From Botryllus schlosseri (taxonomy: Eukaryota): 64,000 nt of DNA. The number at the start of each line of letters is the position of its first letter. The first letter of the stretch is position 1. The notes beneath the pieces were generated by a model. That model did no database searches and had not been told where the DNA came from. It was given only the letters and a program-made list of their open reading frames with translations. Positions 37,301 to 49,300 of this stretch are shown here, in pieces. The stretch is from positions 7,068,001 through 7,132,000 of the forward strand of contig CM119375.1 of the NCBI GenBank assembly GCA_051294905.1, in the 5' to 3' direction. The translations under genes and the position numbers were made by a program.

Positions 37301-40300
37301 ATTAGATTAGAATTAGAATTACTGAATACGCTTAAACTTAGACATTGAATCATTGAATCATGTTCAGTTGATATCAAATCACGGTCCATTCACAAATGCC
37401 TACAGTTTATAGTAAGATGGGCTCATTTCGCACTAAATACAGTTCTGTAGCATTTTCAGGAATTTACCAGGTATTTGATTAGTATTAACATTAGAGTATA
37501 TAAACATATCACAAATTAGATTAGAATTAGGTTGCCGGCGTTCCGCCTCTATTAGACTATGCGATGTGACCCGGTAAACCGATGCCTATGTCGTATGGTC
37601 CAGTATTTACAGTGGCCCTCAAGCATCTCGCTGTTTCGGGCCAATTCTTTTATTTCATGCGAGTGTGGCAGTGATTTCGCCGCGAATCAAGATTAATCTC
37701 AAGCACCACCGCCCCAATTCGCCTTTATTCCCGTGACGTGACACGTCCATAAGTCAAGATCAAATACCAAATACATACCCTTTACCCACGAACAAACCTA
37801 TATTCTTGAGATGATATGCAAAGTTATTTTGAATTCTCGACTACTTGCTGACGAATAGTATTACGTAATCGTACGTTGAAGTTCTGTATGAGAGTCTCTA
37901 TAAATAAACTTGTATTCTTCTGGCAGCATTTCCTGGCGTGCGCGAACCAAGGCGCCGACGAACGCTCGCCGCACGCGACCAGCACTGTGTACCGGTGGAG
38001 CGAGGCGAAACGGAAGTTCGTCCCTCACCAGTATTTCTTGTCCAGCGCCGCGCAGAGCTTCGAGAGCTTCACCATCGACGGGAAACACTACCTGGCCATG
38101 GCCAACTACGGCGAGACGGAAATAGCCGACGTCGGCACAGGTTGGTGCGATCTACAACTTTGTTATGACACTTGTCGATACGCTATACTACCTGAGTGAT
38201 TCGGATATTACACTTGGTTTTGATGATGGGGAAAGTTCATGTATGCGTGCCCGGCGTATTATTACAGCAATACACAATCCCGTGAAATTTCGTTTCTAAG
38301 GTCGGAACCATTCTTAAATTATTATGAAGACTATATAGTAGGGTTACCACATGTCCTCTTTTAAGAGGATTTGTCCTCTTTTTCTAGAAAAAGTGTTATA
38401 ACACGAGCAAAAATTGGACTATGATAACCGCATGCCAGGATTGGCTATAAAAAAACGCCATTACGGCTATTTCGGGAGCCAGATCGAAAAGATACCTCCT
38501 ATCTTAGTCAACCCAATACTATTACCACGAAAAAATTCGAAATCACCCGTTTTCTCCTCCCGTATCCTATAGCTTTCAAAGTGTTTGAGAATTTTCCCCG
38601 TTTTCTGATCTCAAAATATGATAACCCTATACTATACAGCCGCCAACCAGCGTATATAGCGGACCTCGTCTATTGCATATTTCGTCTTGTCATACTGCTC
38701 AATTCTTTAATTTGCATTTACATTGTTAGTGACGGTTTTTCCGGAAGACAGTCACTCGAAAAGCTTTGAAAGAGAGTTAAGGAATAAAGAAATAATTTGC
38801 GACGAACATAGAATGGGTGTCCGGTCAATACCGAGAAAACCATTACCGAGAATGGACACCATCGAGAATGGACATTACTGAGAATGGACACCACCGAGAA
38901 TGGACCTTACCGAGAATGCAATATATGAAATGCAGGCATGTCATGCATATCCACAGGTCGTGTGAGTGCATCACGGCGTTGCCACATTCGGTATCATTGC
39001 TCACGTATAAACTTCTCGGCAACGTCAGTCCCAGTAGGCTATATTCTTGGCATTGGCCATTCTCGGTAATGTCCATTCTCGGTGCTGTCTATTCTCGGTG
39101 ATGACCATTGTCGGTAAGGTTCATTCTCGGTAATGCCCATTCTCGGTAATGGTTTTCTCGGTATTGGCATAGCACCCATAGAATGACTGAATTCGCGAAA
39201 ACTTAGAATCCAAACTTGAATCAAGATCAGTACATATCAATCAGAGCTTATGGCTGATTGCGCAGTCATCGCACGCAACTATAAGCTCTCCTGCAGCATT
39301 TTCAGGAAAACGAGAAATTAGATTGAAATTAGAATTAGAACAAAGAAACATTTCAGAAATTACATTAGAATTAGATTATCGGCGTTTCGTTCTAATGAGC
39401 ATCATCGCCATAGAATTATCTCAGCTTTCCAAGTCTGGTTACAATGTCATCTTACGACCTCGGACGACCAAGTCAATCGCCGTGTTTTAGCGGCACACCG
39501 TCTGGGTACGATTTCATCCCAGCGCCCGTACCTTTTGTAGCATACCATCTCGGATGTCCTCGCGACCTCACATAAATCCAGATTCCGCACCGTGAGACTC
39601 GCGGTTCGCTTTGACTCACGATCGGACTTGTTGACCCGTCAAGATAAAATGAATGTCTTACAGATGTCTGAAGGCGGCGTGAGCAGTAGTGTGCAAATAG
39701 ATTAGGCTCCAGTCACACAACGTAGCACAATGGAATGGTGCTTTGTCGACGCGAGGGGAGAGGATGGAAATCCTTTTATATAAGGCGCGCGATTTATCAG
39801 TTGCGTTGCGTTGCCGCGCGGAATTAGATTCTACGGGTTTAGCCATTAAAATTTATGTATCACGCCTCGAATTAGAAGAGCTTCTCGGAGGTACGGAACT
39901 TCAAAATAAAATTGAAGAGTATATTCATATTGAAATAACCCCGAATATTTTCGTCTGACACTCGTCAGGGGTAATCGTCAGCAACTAGTAGAGAATTGGA
40001 AATAACATTGTATATCAACAATTGTATCACATAATATGACGTCACCAGCATGAAATTTCAGAGCATTCAGCGTACTATTTCTAGATGGTACACGAACTCC
40101 TTTTGTGGACACAGCCTTCGCTGGTGTATTTTGATAAAAGTCGACTCCAAGGCACACAAATGAAAGTGTGAAATGCCCCTCCCAACGGCGCGAAATCTGT
40201 CGTCTCCCTGACGAGTATCAGCTGAAAATATTTGGGTTCATCTCAATATGGATATGCCTCGAATTAGGTGGCGCTTCACGGTAATATTCATATGTTTTAC

Positions 40301-43300
40301 GCGCCAATTCAACTGTACGCACCATGCGATACATATCACAGCGTATATAGTAGTTCTATCTCTGCAGTATGCATCTCTGCGTAATATACTTTAATATTAT
40401 CGCTATGACCTTAAACACCGACGGACTCGTGCTAGCCTCGGCTAAGCCAGGATGAAAATTTATATGGGCTGAATCTTTTACAATTACGTGACGTAACGCC
40501 TCGATCGTGACCAAATGTGAACGTGACCAGTGAACAAATCGAAAATTTGGAGGGGGCAAAGGTGGCTTGTCGATTTAATACTCTATAATTTAGTTGTTGT
40601 TTTTCCCAGGCTGCGTATTCAAATATTAGTAATTACGAGTTGAAAACATTCTCCATTATGTTTTATTACCCTGATTATGAACCAAATGGTAGATGCCCCG
40701 CTGTGGGATTGCATCCGCCGAGAACGCTCGCGAAGCCAGACTTCAAACCAGCTAATTGTGTTTCAATGTAATATTTTGTCGTGTCCGATAGATGTCAAAA
40801 CGATCAGTTATTCAAAATAAATATTGGAGTAATCCTAGAACAATGGCTAAGCGGCAAATGCGGCTTCCATCGTATTAGAAGCAGCTGTGGTCAAACATCC
40901 GCCAATCCTTATTTGTTGCCCGTCCTCATAATATATCCAGGTCGACAACATTCGGTTTCAGCTGTTACGACTGTGAAATGTTATTGCGAGAGTGATTGTG
41001 GTACTGCAACTCGGAATTAATAGGGAAATCAGAAGTGTTTTCTCACACTGATGGTCGTATTTGAACTAAATTGCACTTATGGAATATGAATTGATTGATA
41101 TACCTTTGAAGTATATACACCATCGGTTCGGCCATGGTCTTTCCACGTAAATCATACTCATATGACATCACAATGAGGGATACTCGAATAGTCCATGGTG
41201 TGCATAGAAAACGCAATAGTTTGCTCATAGCAATTAAGCTTCCGTTTCGAAATTCCTAGCGAAACATTGCACCTGCAATGCGAGCTTGCTTTTTGTTGTC
41301 GCAAAATCACATTGTAATATTGTTAGTCGATAGATTTTACCTCGAATTGCCTAAATTATCAGTGGTCATGAACGCCGCCCGCTATTTATAGCGTTGATTT
41401 TAATTTGGATTGCCCTCTGACCTCAGATACTTCACGCGTGACTTAATTTTCAGTTTGAAATCCCAGATTGGGTTAATACTTCGAAATCGAAAACTTTTCC
41501 CTGCAATGCCCGCTTGGGGCATCAAACGTAGCTCGTAAATTCCGTCTCGACATTACCGGAATATATTAATCTTGAGATCACGGAGACGCTGTTCAAGCGC
41601 GATGTAAATATTCCCGCGTGAGAAAATAAAAACAATTTGGTCGATAATTTCCCGCTTCGAAATCCTGGATTATTTCTAATCTCGAAAGTGCAATGTGCTC
41701 GACATGATGTTTACGGGGAGACCTACATCGATTTTAGACGGCGTACAACGTTAGAATTCTTGAAATCCGAAGTATGTGCGGGCTTCTCTGTCGCTGTGCG
41801 GCCTTCAATTAGCAACGAGATTTACACTTGGTTAACAAAAATTGTGAACTATCCCCGTGACTTCACACGTTACGCCACTATGGCTGCAGAATACATTGTG
41901 TGCCTTTGGCTGGATTTTATGCTTAGCTACAATGCACAATTTTATTTCAAATTCTCTGTACCGACGATTGATACCTTTGACAAATATCAGCCGAAAATAT
42001 TCGGGTATATTTTAATATAATTACATTACTCAATTGTCTATTGAAGGTCTGCACCTCCGAGAGTATATCGGCATGTTTAGCTGTTGAATTAATCACTGCG
42101 TTTTCTCCGTTACTGTGACATGTGTTTGCTATAACTTGTTTGATTGTCGAAGGTAAATTTAGCTTTTACTTGTGATGTTTGCTGCTATTTTTCGTACTTA
42201 ATTAGCACCTACTTGAGTTTCAATCTTGATTTGGACTACTCGCTTGCCATGCAATAACCCTTAAAGCCAGGCATAAGCATTAAACGAGAATGTTATTTGA
42301 GCAAGCCATTTGGGGTACAGAACTTGAGAATTACACGGTACAATATTGTTCATATTGAAACATATTGTCACAGCGATTGCTAATATTATACGGTTATTTT
42401 AATCGATTTTATTCTACAAGGAATAGTCGGATGATTTATATCTTACGATATGATGTCAAACATACCTCGTCGCGTGCGCGACTTGTAAAGACCCGTTAAT
42501 TATGTCGCGACTATTGACAGGATTTGAAGGTCATTCACGTATGACTATTCACGGAAAATGCACAATGAAAATGATTAAAATTTTGTCAAGGTTAAGCCAC
42601 CTGACGTATACAAATACACTTCATATCGGGTCCACAACACCTTGAACTACGTACTTACTATACGCTTATTCTTGACACTATCACGGCCATTCTGTCGAGT
42701 CAGTCTATATAGCTTCCAGCTGTCAAGCATACCGATGTAATTTCAAACACGTAAAGGGGAGTGTACGTTCCGTTATGTGACAATGAGTGACATTGCAGGG
42801 GGCGTGTCGTAGTGCCGCTACGTAATCTCGTATAACGTGGCTATTATGCGGTTCTATATCGAAACAAGGCTTGCTCCAATCACCTGATTTGTTTTGGTAC
42901 GCATGACACTTGGATCTTGGGTGTGGTCGTAGTATAGCCATACGTGATATTCAAGTACAAGTATGGGGATCGTGTAGTGAAATTGTATCAGAGGAACATA
43001 GGGCGGTCTGGTACTGCACACAAACTGTATCTCAAGTATATACAATTATACATACATTGGAATGAAAAATAAGGAATGTCCGAATGAATCTGATGTGTGT
43101 GGATGTGGAAGCTTGTTGGTATTCCGCACAACAGCCGACCAGTAACCTAATTCACGCTCACTTATACCATTCACACTGATAATGTTAACGGAACAATGTT
43201 TGAAATGGAGTATCGTCTCAGTCTTTTGAGAATTTATCAGTGTTCAGTAACAAACTATTTCTACTGATTCGTAGTACTCGGGAATGATTTTACCACTTGT

Positions 43301-46300
43301 GCCGCTTACTCAAATAAAACTACTTACTATTTAAACTTTAGACCAGCGGGTCTGAACCTTATGTCTTTGCGGACCCCCGCGTACCCCCCTTCCTCCCTAT
43401 ATAAGCTTTAGTTCAAAGTTAGCTCAATTATCGTGCAACCGTCGTCTGTCTTGTGCAAATATTAACTGTGGGCTAATGATAAACAGCAACAGAATGACTT
43501 GAAATTAACATGATATGTAGAAACTTGGAAGACTTTTCTTATTTCAAAGCGGATTCTGTAGCTGCATTTCTTGGAATACGTGGTCGTGTCTTGAAAACAC
43601 GCGCAGTTGATTTGAATGAACGAATGGCGCGAAGTTCCTTTTCCAAAAAAATATAGGCCGCGGCGAATTAATAGATTTTGCAAACAATTTATTTCCAAAA
43701 CCCGAACGAAACATCACTAAACAGCAATATGCTTGTATCAGCAGGCTGTCGGCAATTTGGCAATTAAAATGAGTGTGCGGTGCACAGTAGAACATTTCAT
43801 CTCATTCTGTTTCTGCGAGTCCCGAAGTTTTAGCAGCTACGAAGCGAATATGTCTCGTGATTTCTCTAATTAAAAAGAAATATAAATTAGGTTTTCAACC
43901 ATTTTGTAAATTTGGAGGTCTCGCGCACCCCTGAAAATGCTCCGCGGACCCCCGTTCGAGAACCACTGCTTTAGAAGTTGTGAAGTAGAACGTTTACGAG
44001 TGAAATTGTCACGTTATAACGACAGGTTGAAATAGGACCTGTATCGCTACTCTAGGGCTGGGCAAAATCGAGTACCTGAGTGATTCGATTCTGAATCATG
44101 CATTATGCTTCGAGTCGTGTATTCGAGTATCACTCATTATGACGTAATAACAGTATGTAAGATGCCAAGGTTCAAATATATGTACCTTTTATGCCACCGC
44201 AAAGAATATAATGCCTGTTATTCATCGCATGACTTATACTTTGGTAATATTTCGACTCCAACGATTTCATTTCACTTTGTGACAATGTTGTGGGAGCGTC
44301 ATGACTTCGGAAATGTGTCATTTTCAGTGACTTTCGCAGCTCTGCAGTATGATTCGTATGCTGCGATACCGCCAAAATGTTTCAAGGCTTCCACAGTGGA
44401 AAGTAGCATCGAAACTATAATTCTCGTCGATAAAATAACTTTCAGTGGCGAGGAGCGTATCATTTCAGTACTCGAAAAAATCATCATTTGCTACTCGACT
44501 CGAATCATTAAAATAATTACTCGATTCAGATTCGAGTAGCCTACTCGAATCATTGTGCCCAGCCCCAATCGCTACGTCCACTTCCAATTGAGTACAAATA
44601 CGGCGTTGCAGCTATACTTCCGTACTTGAGTATGCCAACGACGGCTATAGAACAGTGATTCTCAACCGGAGTTTACACGGACCCAAGGGGATTCCATGTG
44701 ACAGAGAGACAAACACCATACATATACACCATAGTTCTCAATGATTTGTTGTAAACATTAAACGCTTTTACTTTGCTTGAAAACCATGTTTTAATGGTTC
44801 CGTCCTTTTGACCCTATTGTCGTCATTTTGTGCATTTTAGCGTACGGGTTCGGGATGTTAATGAAGGTTGACCCAAACCTTGCACTGGAAACCACTCTGC
44901 AATTGCTTGACGTAGGGTCACTGCCGCAGATTTATTGTTAACATGTCATATTCACGTCCGTTATCATTTCAACACTTTCGAAAACACCGTCCGCATGATT
45001 TTCGCCTCCCGCGAGTAACTCCCACATCTGTCAACGCGGTACGGCGATAGCCGATCATAAAAATAAGTGGGATGTCCCGAAAATAGATTATTTTCATGTC
45101 ATACCCCAGATGTGTTCTAATGCCGCCGGACAATGAAAGGCACCCTGCCAGAACTTGATCAAACACCAAAGTCGATTCCGATGCCTTTATGTAATGCGTT
45201 AAAATGAGCGAACGCTTTCTATTCAATACCGTCACGTATAGCAAACCCAGAGTCGGATAGCGTAATCGGTAATCAATCTTTTAAAATCTGGATGTGAGCT
45301 GATTTGGGAGGTCCGTGGATGAAACCTATACGTCATGCGGATGTAACATAGTAAAGGTCTCAGTCTTGAGTAACATATAGCTTCGGAAATGTAGCGTGAC
45401 AAATGACCGTTTGGGTGTTTTGAAAGGTTGTAAAACCCGCGCTGAATGAGTTGCATTGTGGCTCTGTATCATAAAAGTGGAGGCTTATTTGGGGAAGACG
45501 TTGAGTAATTTATGTAGTCCGTATGTTGTCCGTGTCTTTTCTGAGGCGGTAAAGGTGATTTATAATCATCAGATTGGGTTCTGCATTGGAACGCCATACT
45601 ACATTAGGAGCACCGCGAAAAATTCAGTATCTGGCTACAAGTTATGTACGGGCGGATGATTTTAATGATAACATGAATGCGTCTCATCTCGAGATATCTG
45701 TAATCTGTATATTCCCACGTTTACATGGACTTTGCCCGGTGAACTGGCACATACTGACAGGTTCCGCCGGGCCTTTGTAGGCCATACACGGGGCCTCCCA
45801 AATTTGTAGGAACGTAACAATTTGTAAACCAACGCCGTGCGTTAAACATGTTGTCAATTCGGTCGGGGCACATGATTCAGCGTGTATTTCGGTAATATTT
45901 TTACTATATATTTACAGTATACTGTCAACCAGTGCGTGAATATTTAATGAGCGGCAAGCTCATACGTCTCTACAATATGATAACACCGTGTGAATCTATT
46001 AATTATATTGATATAATGCGATGTAATAGCTCAATTTGCAGCGTTCGATAATATGTCACTTGCATATACATAATTTCATGTTGATTTCTTCAGGTAATTC
46101 CGACCACAGTCTTCGGCAAAAGAGTTTCGTGTACGAATGGCAACCGGATAGACGAGCGTTCACGGTTTATCAGGTACTGCGGTCCTTTCGTTTGGGGTGT
46201 CGGCACTGTACTGTACGATATCGATCGCATACTAATCGTGTATTTTGCTGCCAGACTCTTTCCACTACCGGTTGCGTGGATCTGGAATACTTCGAGGCGT

Positions 46301-49300
46301 ACGGGAGCCATTACCTAGCGGCCGCCAACTCGTTCGACGGAGACGATTCGATAATAGACAGCGTGGTTTACAAGTGGCAACAGTCGAAATTCGTGGCGAT
46401 CCAATACATCGAGGTGCGTGTCGCTGCGAATGCATGGGCGGAACGTAGGTGTAAATACCAAATTTACACCATCGACACCCTGATATTACCAAACCTAGCG
46501 TTCACACAATCCATTTCGCGAGAACAAGTCCAATACACCAATTGCTGCAAAGACATATCGAATGCCTGCAGTGGATTCTTCTTGCGTGCACTCTTGCGGT
46601 GTACGAGTGTCCGTGTCTCTCGATAAGACTTGGTGTATTTGAATGGGCGTGAAAGCAAAATTTTGCGCCACACTGTAACTACTTGGGTTGAAAACAGCTG
46701 CTTTAACCGAAATTCCACAATAGCGTAGGGTGGAAAGCTGCACTTCTTGGTATTAAATATTGCTTTCACGTCCATTACAACGGGTGAATATAATTCAAAC
46801 ACACCAATCCTTATGGAAATCTATCACATGGTTGTAGCGGGTGCTGTGTAGGTGTGTCACCGTTTTACACCCTCTTCGGGAGGTTCACAAAACGCTTACT
46901 TAACTCTTGGGGTGTATCTCCATTAGAATCGGTGTATTTGATTAATTTTCACCAATCCGGATGGGTGTTAATGGGAAATTTTGTGCCACGAATTGCCGTT
47001 TACTTGATTTGTACCCTAGGCCACAGTAGAAATCGTCTTGGTACACGATTTTCTTTAACTGTGTACTGCGGAATCTCTGGCTAGTGTACAGTGTACGCGC
47101 TAGATTGCGTTACCGCGTAATTTTACTGGCGACTGACATTGAACGCATGCGGACGCGCTAAACCTAATTATCGCGGGTGTAACAAGATTTTGCGTCTGCC
47201 TTTTCCGCAGATTTTACCTTCCCGCACGCTTGCCACCTTTGTTATTAGTCGAGGCCCGGACGGAAGTGTTTTCTCATTAAATTTTTATGCGATATTGTCG
47301 CGTAGTATTTGATTTTCAGGCCGCGATAATTATTCCGGCGGTAAACACACTAGAAGCGCCAATATGGGATTACCTGACATTTTCGACGGGCTGGCAGTGA
47401 TTTATGTTATCGCATGCGCGGAAGAAATGAGATTGTAATAGTTCTGCCTCCCGAACGGCCGGTTTTATGGCATAGCGTCGGATGGGACTCCTGTACAACG
47501 GTATGCGCGAATTTAATTTCCGTTATCAGAAGCGGAAATAATTATGCATGAGTAATAAGGAACACGATGTTGTTTGCGGAGGTGTCGGTAACGAAGTACT
47601 GTTTGGGAGTATAACTGAAGATATTTACGACTACACCGATCCGCAGTGTCATTTGTAGGGTTGCATTTAAAACAAAAATCAATTTAAACTAACATGTTTA
47701 AAACAAGGCCCTTGTATAAAACATGTATTTAAAGCCATGACGTCACAAATATTCAATTGTGACGTCATAGTGAATTGACATTGACAATTGAAAATGTAGG
47801 CTAAATATAGCTCCTTTGGCGAAATGTCTGTACTTTAGCTGTTGAACCGACTATTTTTGATGGTTCCAACCATTCCATATCGATAGATGTCGGCTATATC
47901 GCGTGGTAATTGTCCGTAGGCTCGTACAACATGTTTTTGGAAAGTATTAACACAATTATGGCATAGTTTTACAACTTAAAAAAAACACCAATGGTTGCAG
48001 CTTAAACAGAAATTGGTCCGTAAGAACATGGCCCTTATTTAAAACGTGATATTTTTTAACAGCCGTGACGTCATGAATCTATAATTGTGACGTCACAAAG
48101 GAATGGCATTGCCAATTGAAAATATAATGTAAATATGGCTCCTTTGCCGAAAAAGGCTTCCGACCCCTGTCCTAAACGGACCAAAAATTTCTTCGACCAG
48201 GTCTACATCGCGATGCCGCATTTTTCGGTAGACGGTCACCAATTTCATATCGTAAACGTCGACTATGTCTGCTGCATATCGTCCGTGGACTCATGCTACA
48301 AGTTTTTGCGAAAATATTTCCATATTTATGGAATAATTATGTAACTTGAAAAAACAATTTCGTTCTTTTTAAAATGGCATTTTGTAAAACCCTGTGCAAC
48401 CCAACTTGCGACTTCTCGGCCAAATCTACTTTACGAAACTAGTTTCTTGAGTACTTTTGAAAATCTACTTCTACTTGCAATTGAGTTGAAATTTACGGCT
48501 CTACTTCCTTATACTTGAGTACAAACGATGACTATACTTCGACAACCTCCGATATATCAATAACGTTTAAGAGGATGAAGGCGTATCAGAACAGCATTCG
48601 TATATGAGGTCTTCTTTTGTCATTCATATTGAAAAACCGTGGGCTGTCCCTGTCTTAGGCAAGGATAATCGGTAGCGTTCTGAGACAAGTGCTCATTATT
48701 TATTATCAATCCTCAATAAGCGTTGTGACTATGTCGCTGAAACGTACTTATTAGACCGAGTTAAATTGATGTCTAGCGACATCGGGGTCGGGAGGGCATA
48801 GTTATTTTTATCACGGCGGCTTCACAGCTTACACAGTTGCAGACGAATATAAACCGAGCGTAGGTTTCCGACGCGTTTAATTTCTGCTCAGACGACAGGT
48901 GTTGGATTGCGATCGCACACATATCGACTTTTATTTACCGCCAAACACGAGAAAAACCAATAAAACGCGAGATATAAACACGATCCGACCCTCGCCCGAA
49001 AACGGTATCGTATGTCAGGGCCGTTTTCTTAAAATCGGTAACAAAAGCGCGCTTACTATAGGGCTGGACACAATGATTCGAGTATTCGAATCTGAATCGA
49101 GTATTAATCCTAATGATTCGAGTATTCGAATCTGAATCAAGTATTAATCCTAATGATTTGAGTATTCGAATCTGAATCGAGTATAATCCTAATGATTCGA
49201 GTATTCGAATCTGAATCAAGTATTAATCCTAATGATTCGAGTATTCCAATCTGAATCGATTGGTCAAATCGCTGCATATGAAAAATGTAGGCCAACTAAG

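Noticed and set aside
38825-39175. Regularly spaced short repeats here and at 49073-49259 as CRISPR-like arrays
   Set aside because: Units are contiguous with no unique spacers, the context is eukaryotic and there are no cas genes; explained as transposon arms and a minisatellite.
42905-43065. Frame containing HLDLGCG, resembling methyltransferase SAM motif I
   Set aside because: Immediately preceded by a stop, with no splice acceptor and no further methyltransferase motifs; probably chance.
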